A DNA stretch of 49,916 bases, counting the filler, from Sphacelaria rigidula (Eukaryota), in NCBI GenBank assembly GCA_964200075.2. It is 2 parts of 2 records of this genome, joined end to end, with 100 filler letters (N's around TTAATTAATTAA, not from the genome) between each part and the next. Parts side by side here need not be neighbours in the genome. Positions count along the whole stretch, not along the records: positions 1 to 24,927 come from CAXNAA020000185.1; 1 more part is not named here. One strand, given 5' to 3'. Positions 10,601 through 19,434 of the stretch are shown piece by piece. The notes under the pieces were generated by a model. That model saw only the letters and a program-made list of their open reading frames with translations, had not been told where the DNA came from and searched no databases. Each line of letters starts with the position of its first letter. Position 1 is the stretch's first letter. The position numbers and the translations under genes are program-made.

Positions 10601-11007
10601 AGATGCCCGAAGATGAGCTCTGGGGCGTAGACGCCGAACTCGTCAAGGAAGTCGCACACGACACCGTCGCCGTTGTTGTGGACCGAGACTTCGCGGCCTT
10701 TGACATCCACGCGAATCTTGGTGGTCTTGTGGTGAATCTTGCTGTGGTCTTCGTGTGCGGCAGACACTCTGTCCGCGGCGTTCATGATGGCTTCCTCCAC
10801 CACCTGGAGAAAAGCAGGGGCCACTCTAACGTCTCGCCTCGACAGCCCCATCTTGTCGTCGATGACGTACATGTCCAAGACGTCCGGGGACGTCGAACCG
10901 ACGTACATGTCGCTCCTTTGAAGGATGTGTTCCCTCCCGCTTAACCTTTGGAATTTGTGTCTATGATCTCTACTCTCTGTGTTCTCCGAGCTTGATCTCT
11001 TCGCCAT
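7636..11007 (-). CDS. TOP2: DNA topoisomerase II (type IIA, single-chain, NCLDV type)
   Basis: EHIL..DMYVGS, TSSNYDD, GRNGIG, TEGDSA, PLRGKLLN, DADLDGSHI, YLKGLG, YHHGE and catalytic SPRY; 1123 aa, lacking the long eukaryotic C-terminal tail. Confidence 0.97.
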   Translation of the reverse strand: MAKRSSSENTESRDHRHKFQRLSGREHILQRSDMYVGSTSPDVLDMYVIDDKMGLSRRDVRVAPAFLQVVEEAIMNAADRVSAAHEDHSKIHHKTTKIRVDVKGREVSVHNNGDGVVCDFLDEFGVYAPELIFGHLRTSSNYDDKEERLNVGRNGIGIKIASIFSDTFTVETVDFVKKKKYTQVFRENMKVVEKPRISNFSGDPYTRVTFSVEGSRFGIEGDVPEDVVSVIRRRCHEVLLCSLDPVKVVFNGASLKTNTLEKYLALYGVEKSCIATCTAPRWKFAVAFTPDVGHFRQLSFVNSTSTPQGGTHVNYVVDGFVKSLLAHMRKKWKSPRLKSSVVKDLLTVVVSAHVVNPTFSGQTKDMLTLPSKDFGSTFSVPESVLSRMLKTGIVDFVGEVLKNKEASMLNDNDGKKSKVVRGVPKLHDAQWAGTRKSSECLLIVTEGDSALTMALSATSVIGREKFGCFPLRGKLLNVRDAPSHQVSNNAEITNIKKILGLQNGIKYDEDSLKELRYGGIILLTDADLDGSHIRGLLLNLFDTFWPDLLRLGYVKSISTPIVRATKSRSSSQGEVLTFYNDFDYCAWKENISQSELSGYKIKYLKGLGSSTPAEAREYFSNVYDSLVKYACDENSRENMSLAFDKTRSGDRKRWLTSYNPELIIGSALREVGISDFVNRELIHFSQGDLLRSMPSVVDGLKLSQRKALCGSFMKGIEKVEAKVAQLTGFVSDKMQYHHGETSMSGTIQNMAQDFVGSNNINFLLPKGQLGSRLSNGSDAASPRYTSVQMNPLTSLLFRKEDGPVLRWNTDEGVTTEPLFYCPVISTLLVNGCRSIATGYSTHVHPHDPKELISNVRKRLKNEPRAPLKPYFRGFAGSVEGSSESGFLCRGVYEVRGPKPLAVNITEIPIGTSVSSYKQFLDSRVEKKFIVGYEERCTDSVVDFTVTVKSDESPDNLENLLKLTSLLRTTNMHAFDSSGKIKKYGNVVDMEEEHFVERYQTYVDRRKHLISVLEFEVEVLSAKVRFFEAKTNGQILLEGVSYDEAVKALELSGFKKLPTHLGGEDKSFDYITSVKMFDVTKERVKLLKDTASRRAQDLKTLKRSTVESLWEEDLKKLEEKLGEK

Positions 11008-11125
11008 TTTTGGATTATAGGTTATATTAAAAGTTGATTGTGATAAGGTTGTAAAAATATATTATACTTTTTATACTTCAAAAGAGAACGTCCAGAATTG
11101 CTCCAATTCTAAGCTGACGACCTTT

Positions 11126-11767
11126 TCAGAAGAAGCTGAAACTCGCGCCGCCCTGGGGGTTCTGAGCACCACGCGACAACCCATCCGTGATTCGTCTCAC
11201 GAAACTCTTGTTGTCCTCGATTGCAGCCTGCTTTCTTCGCTTTTCTGCGTGTGCTTCTAGCGCTCTACGCTCGATCGTCGCTAGCTGTTTGCGCCTCTCA
11301 TTCTGCCTGTGGTTGTTGAAGTCATCAGCGTTGAATTGTTGGTAGTATGTGTTGATTGGGCCGCCGTTGTTTCGGTATGCTTCCACAAATCGAACGGCGT
11401 CATCGTACTTCTTCGCCAACGCCAATACTTGCCCATCTGGCGTCTTGGAAGAAACACACCTGCCAGTCTTGGGGTCCAGGATCAAACCCGGGCCACACTT
11501 CTTGAGTCGGCAAATACCGTATTTTCCCCTCGTCGAGAAGGGAACGGGTCGACCTAGGCTGTCGACACAAGGCAGTGCAGTCGTGCATCCACCATCCGGC
11601 TTCGGGTAGGTGTTCAGCGGGCACTTTTGGCGATACCTCGTCACAGCGGTCGAGGTACGCCTCCTTCGGGCGACCGTGCCGCGAGACTTGGCGCGCTTCT
11701 TCCTGGCGATGGTAGCCTTCCGCTTGGCGTTGGCTCTCTTCTGTGCGGCGGGGCTCAGCTTCGGCAT
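11126..11767 (-). CDS. Basic (Arg/Lys-rich N-terminus) Cys-containing hypothetical protein, possible DNA-binding core protein
   Basis: AAAAAATG start; very basic N-terminus followed by a Cys-spaced segment. Confidence 0.7.
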   Translation of the reverse strand: MPKLSPAAQKRANAKRKATIARKKRAKSRGTVARRRRTSTAVTRYRQKCPLNTYPKPDGGCTTALPCVDSLGRPVPFSTRGKYGICRLKKCGPGLILDPKTGRCVSSKTPDGQVLALAKKYDDAVRFVEAYRNNGGPINTYYQQFNADDFNNHRQNERRKQLATIERRALEAHAEKRRKQAAIEDNKSFVRRITDGLSRGAQNPQGGASFSFF

Positions 11768-11865
11768 TTTTTGCCTTTGAGGATTTTATATAGAACCAAA
11801 CAAAGATTTTAAATCCGAAATTCGCGAGGACGTCAGACGAGGATTTTCCTTTTTTCTGAAGTGTG

Positions 11866-12408
11866 CTACGTCGGTTTTTCGAGCGACCGGCTGTATAAAA
11901 ATGCCAGCGCAGACAGGATGAGCATCATCTTCAGATAGAAGCATGGCATGTGGATAGGCACAAAAGGAGGGATCGTAATCCTGCACCCAAGACTTGGGTG
12001 GAGGGCCTCAGTGCAACCTTTCGCGTTGGGGTCTTTGGAACACTTCGCTCGAGATCTCTCGTAAGATTGTGTCACAGACTCAAAGTCAGCGTCTTGGTAA
12101 ACGCGGTCTAGCTTCTTGTTGACTTTGTTGTGGATTTCCCAGAGCCATCTCGTTAGATCCTCACGGCTACTCGCTCGTACAGGGTTCTCAATCATGAACT
12201 TCTTGTACGACTCCCTGCACAATGCACATGGAAGAGTATTCCCAACCAACGTGAAAAAGTTCTTGTAGTTGGCCTCGGTACTCCCGACGGTGTAGCCACA
12301 AGACTCGTCGAACTCGCGCGGATTCTCAGGATACCCATGAGCAACCGTGTGCAAGAACTTCCACCCAGGTGGACCCCATACGCTCACCATCATCCCATTA
12401 CTCGCCAT
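11866..12408 (-). CDS. Erv1/Alr family sulfhydryl oxidase (NCLDV core gene)
   Basis: WGPPGWKFLH, CALC redox motif, WLWEIHNKVN; C-terminal hydrophobic segment. Confidence 0.93.
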   Translation of the reverse strand: MASNGMMVSVWGPPGWKFLHTVAHGYPENPREFDESCGYTVGSTEANYKNFFTLVGNTLPCALCRESYKKFMIENPVRASSREDLTRWLWEIHNKVNKKLDRVYQDADFESVTQSYERSRAKCSKDPNAKGCTEALHPSLGCRITIPPFVPIHMPCFYLKMMLILSALAFLYSRSLEKPT

Positions 12409-12473
12409 CGTTCTTCCAATATATATCACCTTTAGCATACATTTTAAAACCATTTAGTCCATCAATTTTTCAT

Positions 12474-13352
12474 CTACGCTAGCTGGATGGTACCACCCCC
12501 TTCGACTACGTATAGCTGGATGGTATACTTTGTGCCTCGAGCAAGACCGGTAAAGTCATGAGCCAGAAACCTAGTGGTGGCATCTACGTAAATATTCGTC
12601 GTCGGATCAACGAGCCTGGTCATATAGGTCGCATCAGGATATATCTCGGCCCACTTCACAGAGACGTACGTGGACCCCGAACCCGATACCACCACACTAG
12701 TCTTCTTCGTAACGGCCCGGACGTTGGCGACATCAACCCAATTCGATGACAAGTACTGGACGACGAATACGTAGCTCGTCCCCGGTTTCAATGAAGACAG
12801 GGTAACCTTTGTAGCTGTAGATTCAGATGATACGATACTCCCACTTCGAAGAACTCGGTACTTGTTGTTCCCTACGCTTGTTTTGGACCAGTCTAGTTCA
12901 ATGTACGAGGCGTATGAAGAGGTAGAAACACTCATAGTAGGAACACTAAACCGCCTAGTGACTTCGAACACGGATGTCCTGTCGAAATTGACCTGTATAT
13001 TCCTAGTCGCCGAGAACTGTAAACTTGTCACGGTGGTGTTAGGTATCCGCATCTTGTTCCTCGCAAAGGCGGAAAATAGCTTCAACGACCCACCTTTGAC
13101 TGCACCACTAAGAGTAGAAACGGTCTTGGATCCGTTCTTTGCAACGATCCTGAAGAAAGCATAAGCTCTCCTATTCCTGTCTGTGTTCCTTATAATGAGC
13201 GAACCACGTGATCTCCTCGTTCTAGAGAAATCAATCGCCGTAACATTTTGGAGAGGTGGGTTAAATTTGATGGTGTACGGGGCACCACTCCCGAATGTAG
13301 TCCTGACAAATCTCCCGGATGCGTATCTGTGAGAGGTTGTTTTGAAAGACAT
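12474..13352 (-). CDS. Fibronectin type III repeat-containing protein
   Basis: Two FN3-like units (ELDW...Y..LSSLKPGTSYVF; VKW...Y..FTGLARGTKYTI). Confidence 0.75.
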   Translation of the reverse strand: MSFKTTSHRYASGRFVRTTFGSGAPYTIKFNPPLQNVTAIDFSRTRRSRGSLIIRNTDRNRRAYAFFRIVAKNGSKTVSTLSGAVKGGSLKLFSAFARNKMRIPNTTVTSLQFSATRNIQVNFDRTSVFEVTRRFSVPTMSVSTSSYASYIELDWSKTSVGNNKYRVLRSGSIVSSESTATKVTLSSLKPGTSYVFVVQYLSSNWVDVANVRAVTKKTSVVVSGSGSTYVSVKWAEIYPDATYMTRLVDPTTNIYVDATTRFLAHDFTGLARGTKYTIQLYVVEGGGTIQLA

Positions 13353-13749
13353 ATAGGCTACCAATCATTCGGTGGTGATGTATGTCTGTGTTACAACGAA
13401 CGCATATATTTTTTTCCTGGTATTTGGCTTTGGACTACTTCCAGCACCGTCAACGGAAACTTCCCCGAAACACTCACGCCCAGACTCCTTCAAGGTTCAC
13501 ATACACCGACATGGGCACGTACGAGTCTTCCCCGCTCAAGTAGTGCACGTACAAGTTATCTAAACCTCAGGAACTCCGGTAATAAGTCCGACGACAAAGC
13601 CTCATCAGCATCAAACGTTGAAACAACACCTTTCATTCTTCATGCAAGCTTTGATCTCCAAACGATCATTACGCTCGGACAATTTGTACTGAACAAAAGG
13701 CTCCATTCAGAGTTTGGCTTTCACAACACTATAGAGTAAAATTTCACCA

Positions 13750-15246
13750 TCAACCCCTTGCGTTGCTTGTCTTCGCCCTCTTGCGCGGACTTTGCACGCT
13801 ATCCTGGCTTGCATCCTGGCTTGCACGGAACGTTTCCTCGGCTTTCCGAGCCTCTTCCAACTCGCGCCTGCTCTGCTCGGCTTCGGAAAACTCGTCTTGA
13901 TCAGACTCCTTCTGACCTGCACCGGCGCTGTCGTCGGAGGAGTATTCCACACAGACGTCCATACTACCAGCACCCTGTCGCTCTTCTTCCTCTTCCTCTT
14001 CCTCTTCCTCTTCTTCCTCTTCCTCTTCTTCTTCTCCTCTGCCTTCATCTTTCTCCTCTTCCTCCTCTTCCTCTTCCTCTTCCTCTTCTTCCTCTTCCTC
14101 TTCTTCCTCTTCTTCTTCTCCGCTGCCTTCATCTGTCTCCTCTTCCTCCTCTTCCTCTTCTTCTTCATCGTCACCATCGCCGTCGTCATCCCCCCGCTCG
14201 TCGTCTGAGATCTCTTCGTTCACACCTTTATTGTCATTGACGTTGGATGAGGACTCTTCTGCTTCGTCATTGTTTCCACCGCCGTCCTCACCACTCTCTT
14301 CGTCGTCGTCGTCCTTCCCGTGCTTGTCCTCGGCCTTGTCGTCAACGCTCTCTTCGTCGTCATCGTCCTTCCCCTGACCGCTTCCGTCGTCATCTCCCCC
14401 CTCGCCGCGCTCCTCCTCTTCTTCCTCGGCGCTGCCGCTGCCTTCGTCTTCCTCCTCTTCTTCCTCGCCGCTACCGCTCTCCCCCTCTTCTTCCTCGCCG
14501 CTACCGCTGCCTTCATCTTCCTCTTCCTCTTCTTCTTCTTCTTCCTCCTCCTCCTCTTCTTCTTCTTCCTCTTCTTCTTCCTCCTCCTCTTCCTCGGGCG
14601 CTTCCCACTCCTTGCCAGTCTGCGGGTCCTCGATGCCGATCCGAGGATCGTCGAACTTCTTGCTCCTGCCCTGTTTGTTGGTCTTCCAGGTCTTGGCGGG
14701 TGGCGGAAGTTTGCTGGACTCCGTCCACATGATACTCGTACCGACACCGTCCCGGAAGTCGTTGCTGAGCGGTACAAGCTTGTCCTTCATCACCAAAACT
14801 CGGTACTTGCGGTCGAATGTGACGGTCAATCCGTTGGGCCCGACACCTGACTTCGCCAACGCACGGTAGCTACCGCAGTCCTTCACCATGGTATGCTCCC
14901 GCCCCGACTCGTCCGTCCACTTGACAGGAGGATTCCTCGAGTCGTTGTCCATGATCCGGTCCCGCTGCTCGCTTAAGAACTTGAGCAAACGTCGTCGCTG
15001 ATCTAGAAACTCCTTCGAAGCCGACATCACTTGCTCCAACCTTGCACTAGGTGACATACTTTGAGACTTCTTCGGCTTCGCTTCCGTCAGCGACTTCAAG
15101 TTGCTCACTTCGGATTCCAAAGCTGTAACCTGGGACTCCAACGTTGACACCTGGCACTCCAACGATGTCACCTGGGACTCCCACGTTATCACCTGGGATT
15201 CCATTTTTGCCATCCGACCCAGAAGGTCTTCCACCTTTTCCTCCAT
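13750..15246 (-). CDS. Acidic poly-Glu protein with N-terminal heptad coiled coil (498 aa)
   Basis: AAAAAAATG start; (ESQVTxL)n heptads; long E/D tracts; C-terminal SPRKRAK NLS-like motif. Confidence 0.75.
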   Translation of the reverse strand: MEEKVEDLLGRMAKMESQVITWESQVTSLECQVSTLESQVTALESEVSNLKSLTEAKPKKSQSMSPSARLEQVMSASKEFLDQRRRLLKFLSEQRDRIMDNDSRNPPVKWTDESGREHTMVKDCGSYRALAKSGVGPNGLTVTFDRKYRVLVMKDKLVPLSNDFRDGVGTSIMWTESSKLPPPAKTWKTNKQGRSKKFDDPRIGIEDPQTGKEWEAPEEEEEEEEEEEEEEEEEEEEEEEEEEDEGSGSGEEEEGESGSGEEEEEEDEGSGSAEEEEEERGEGGDDDGSGQGKDDDDEESVDDKAEDKHGKDDDDEESGEDGGGNNDEAEESSSNVNDNKGVNEEISDDERGDDDGDGDDEEEEEEEEEETDEGSGEEEEEEEEEEEEEEEEEEEEEEKDEGRGEEEEEEEEEEEEEEEEEERQGAGSMDVCVEYSSDDSAGAGQKESDQDEFSEAEQSRRELEEARKAEETFRASQDASQDSVQSPRKRAKTSNARG

Positions 15247-15676
15247 TTTTTTCTTCGACTTGGGCCTCGGCGACGAACAGGGTGATGCCAAGTGGTTGTG
15301 AGGAGGTCGGGGTGAGCGTGCACACGACCTGGAGCCCCAAAAATATTTTTTGCAAAATTTGTTCCAAAATATTTTCTTGTCCATGGGGCCTCAAAAGAAT
15401 ATTTTTTCATACACCTACATTTCGTTGCAATCGAAAACGAAGTTTTTCGACAAAACATTGACAAAGTTTGCATACTCTTGGAACAGCGGTTCATCTCGTC
15501 GATGGATTACATATTGCACAATGTACATCGGGAGAATCATATTGCACAAAGGGGGCACCGTGGCGGAAGAAATATTTTTGACATGAAAAGTTTTTCAAAA
15601 GAATCAAAATTGTTTTTTCGGTGTGCCCCCTATCCTCACTTACACATTCGCGTTCGCGTTTTCATCCATCCGATAA

Positions 15677-16785
15677 ATGGCCCAGAGCGCGCAGGAGTTC
15701 AAAATTTCCGAACCGGATGTCGAATTCTTTTTCGTACGCATGATCGCGTTCAACGGGAAGTTTCGAGGAATCCGGGGAGCTTTGCTACAACTCGCAAGTA
15801 AGCATTGTGGCTACCGTTCACCTGCAATTCCTGCAGTTCGGTATGGTGATACGGAGGAGACTTCTTCCCACATTTACATCGAGGTGTACTTTAGGGCAGA
15901 CAATGTCAGGAGAGACTTCATGAACGGAGTGAGAAAGACGCATCACATCCCACGAGTCCTCAGGAAGTGTTTCCCCGACTACAAGCCAACATTCGAAGTC
16001 GAGACAAGATCGTGTACGCTACGGGATTCCCAATTATCCCCCATCACGGACTTTGAGTTGGAGGAAATTCACCAGAATTCCCCTCCTGGAAGCACCGACT
16101 ACGACTGTGAAGTTCAAAGCCTCGGGTCGTACTTCGGAGACGAAAGCTGGGCATCGTCCGTTGAGGAGCCACCGCACAAAAAATCAGCATCGGCTTCTTC
16201 GTCTACGACTGTTGGGCGGAGTTCTGGGAAGCTGAGCGTGTCCACGAGGAGTTCCGATCGCCACAAGGATTGCGCAAGGATGACCCCCTCTTCATTTGGC
16301 AAACACCCGAACGAAACGACATCATTGGGCAACCGTTGAAGTGCCACCTGGTCGACAAGAAGTTGGAAGTCGCAGTGGTCGGGAAGAAAAACGACCCTAA
16401 CAACTACTTGGCTGGATCATGGCCTTTTCACCAATTGTTGGATGGGTTAAACTTGAAGACTCCTCATCTCGTACCGGGAATTCTTGTGTTGTTTGACAGA
16501 GAGGCAGCGAGTACGGTTGAGGACAGTGAAGGCGCAACACGCCACAAGGTGTTCCTTAGAATAAAGTTTTTGGACGATACCAATGACGCTTACATGAAGG
16601 ACGAACTTCGTAACCGTTTGAAAAAGGGGAGCGGATGTGGTATCCTCGAAGATGGGTCGGCCAGACCGTACGTGCACGTTCTCGACGTGGAAGACTTCAG
16701 GACATGGTTGGAATGGAAGGGGGTCAAGACAAACAGGGCGTGGAGGTTGTACAAGAGCGGTCGGTACGCGACGCCGCCGGGATGA
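15677..16785 (+). pseudogene. Crinkler-like HNH-type nuclease/effector, copy 1 (frameshift near 16200-16290)
   Basis: Two overlapping ORFs (15677-16339, 16270-16785). The second has KCHL..NNYLAGSWPFHQLLDG..RHKV..RLKKGS..YVHVLD..LEWK, a pattern I recall from oomycete CRN C-terminal domains. Confidence 0.6.
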
Positions 16786-16913
16786 TTTTAGATATTGTAT
16801 GAAATACTTTGGGGGCACCGTGGTAAAGGATTTTTTTGTGGTGGTCGTCGATACTTTCTGCAGACGCCCTCTCCCTGTTTTTGGTGTCCTACTTTTTTAA
16901 TCACTTCACACAC

Positions 16914-17743
16914 ATGTCTTTTGGCCTTGCGTGCACGTACGTTGTGGCCTCGGTTTTCATTGCCCTTTTTAATCAGCGAGTATTCGCAATGTTCTGGAGA
17001 CACGGTCAAGCGGAGGAGAAAGGAGTTCTACGGGCGGAACAGGGCTACATTGTACATGCTGTCCTTGGAAACTGCCGACTCGTCCAAGGAGTTCGGAGGC
17101 AAGTGTACGATTTCGCGAGCAGGAACTGTGGTCGGTACACTAATTCAGAGGACCGAGAGGAATCAATTGCGTACAGGGGCGCAAATACCTCATCTCGGAC
17201 AAGATCTGGCTCAGCCACTACCAAGCCGGGAAGGGAGGTCCTGAAGAATCACCGCCAAGAAGCTTCTCGACAACATCTGTTGTTTCCACAGGGGATACCA
17301 TGGCCATCCACCAGTCAGTTGAAGATCCATTGGTGGTGAAACAGAGTTGTCACATGTACGGGAAAAGGCAACCTAACCGGGACGATTTGCCGAACCACGT
17401 GACTAATGTCAACAATCGGGTATGCCTCAGCCCCACCCTTCACGTCTTGTACGATGGGTACGAGAATGGAATGGCTCCGGTGTTCCGAATGAAGCCCGTA
17501 GAAGTGCACAGGGAGCCTGTGCAGGTCATAGGTGGCGGTGTAACGGAAGTGAGGTACAAGGTTGACCTTCTGATCGAGTTTATGTCTATAGAGGCCACAT
17601 CGATGTACAATGGACGCTTGAAGGAGAACAACATCCGTAGATCCCCGACGGAGTTTTTGACGTTTGTTCACGTTCTGGATCCCGACGAGTTTTCCAGGTT
17701 CATGATGTGGAAGTACGACGACACGACCAAGAAGTGGCCGTAA
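16914..17743 (+). pseudogene. Crinkler-like HNH-type nuclease/effector, copy 2 (out-of-frame junction near 17144-17200)
   Basis: Paralogous motifs QSVE..SCHM..NNRVCLSPTLHVLYDG..RYKV..RLKE..FVHVLDPDEF..WK; its N-terminal frame (GVRRQVYDFASRNCG) aligns with copy 1 (GIRGALLQLASKHCG). Confidence 0.6.
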
Positions 17744-17744
17744 C

Positions 17745-18645
17745 GTGGTTTGCTGTCGTACATGTCAACGCTTAGGTATTTCGGATGGTGTGCTTCGCTG
17801 ACATGGTGCTTGAAAACAAAGTTTGTTTTTGATGACATGTCGCACATGTCGACGGTTTGGTATTCCCAATGGTTTGCTTGGGCAGCATGGTGGTAATGTT
17901 AATCATGTGAACGATTTGGTGTTCCGGATGGTTTCCTTTGACAACATGACCGTAATGTTGTGGATGTCATTGTCTTGGTTTTCCGAATGGTTTGCTTGGG
18001 CAACATGACCGCATATGTTGATAATGTCAATGATTTGGTATTCTCAATGGTTAGCTTGGGCAGCATGAGCATAATGTCGCACATGTCAACGCTTTAGTAT
18101 TCCCAATGCCTTCGTTTGTCAGCATGACCGTAATGTCGTACATGTCAATGTATTGGTATTCCCAATGCGTTCGTTTGGCAGCATGACTACAATGTCGTAC
18201 ATGTCAATGATTTGGTATTCTCAGTGGTTAGCTTGGGCAGCATGATCATACTGTCGCACATGTCAACGTTTTAGTATTCCCAATGCCTTCGTTTGTCAGC
18301 ATGGCCGTAATGTGGTTTGCTGTCGTACATGTCAACGTTTTGGTATTCCCAATGGTTTGCTTGGGCAGCATGACCGCATATGTTGATAATGTCAATGATT
18401 TGGTATTCCCAATGCGTTCGTTTGGCAGCATGATCATAATGTCGCACATGTCAACGTTTTAGTATTCCCAATGCGTTCGTTTGGCAGCATGACCACAATG
18501 TCGTACATGTCAATGATTTGGTATTCTCAATGCGTTCGTCTGGCAGCATGACCACAATGTCGTACATGTCAACGTATTGGTATTCGCAATGCGTTCGTTT
18601 GGCAGCATAACCAAAATGTCGTACATGTCAACGACTTGGTATTTT
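17745..18645. repeat. 59-bp tandem repeat array, about 15 copies, with an internal hairpin
   Basis: CATGTCAA recurs at 18082, 18141, 18200, 18259 and at 18447, 18506, 18565, 18624 (59-bp period). Confidence 0.93.
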
Positions 18646-19084
18646 CGTTGGGTGTTTTGGGAATACCCCGGCAGATAATAAAAAAGGAGCGAAGAAAAAA
18701 ATTGAAAAATGAAAAAAAAATGTCCGTGCCGGGAATCGAATCCACTCCATACGTGAATAGACTTTAGAAGGCGAAAATTGGAGGATATTTCGACTTGAGC
18801 AGTCATCGTGTGTGTTGCACGCACTTTGAACGGGGCTTAAATGCTTACCCACGCTGGTCGACGGGCGCCTCCTGGAGGTGTGTCGTTAGTGCAACAACGT
18901 TGGATGTGGTTGGATTGTTGGAACTCTTGCACTAACGTCGTCGATCGGTGAAGCACACTGGTCATTTGTTTGTCATTTTTTTTTCGACTTATCTAAATTT
19001 TCGGAAAAGCTTTATTTAGTATCAACTCGTTTGCGTCATGAGGAAGAGTGGCCTTCATGTCCTACATGCCCTGTAAGTCATCAT

Positions 19085-19430
19085 TAGTTGCATGTCAAAG
19101 ACTTATCATTCCGATCGGTCGACTTGGGCAACATGACAAAGAAATGGCAGTGATGTGGTGCATGCTTTGCATGTTAACTATTTGGAATTCCGATCAGTTG
19201 ACTTGGGCAACATGACAAAGAAGTGGCAGTAATGTCGTGCATGTCTTGCATGTCACAGGTTTGATCTTCCCGTCGTCTTGCATGTTATTGAATTGGGAGT
19301 CCTATCGCTTGACTTGGACAACATGACAAATTGGCAGTATGTCTCGCATGACCGTAATGTCGTACATGTCCACGTTTTGGTATTCCGGATTGTTTTCTTT
19401 AATGACATGGTGTTACAAACAAGTTCTTCG
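19085..19430. repeat. Diverged second block of the same repeat family (about 79-bp units plus one canonical unit)
   Basis: GACTTGG(G/A)CAACATGACAAA three times; CATGACCGTAATGTCGTACATGTC..TTGGTATTCC at about 19347-19386. Confidence 0.75.
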
Positions 19431-19434
19431 TCCC

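Noticed and set aside
7831-10944. Multiple plus-strand ORFs over topo II (likewise 22179-23240 over MCP)
   Set aside because: Antisense shadows caused by high GC3.
13372-13739. Small gene between the FN3 and acidic genes
   Set aside because: Only broken minus-strand frames or non-ATG plus-strand frames; possibly a relic but unsupported.
13707-14850. Poly-Lys/Arg and poly-Phe/Leu ORFs
   Set aside because: Alternate-frame and antisense shadows of the poly-Glu tracts.
17745-18645. CRISPR array
   Set aside because: Units are homologous over their whole length, with no unique spacers and no cas genes.
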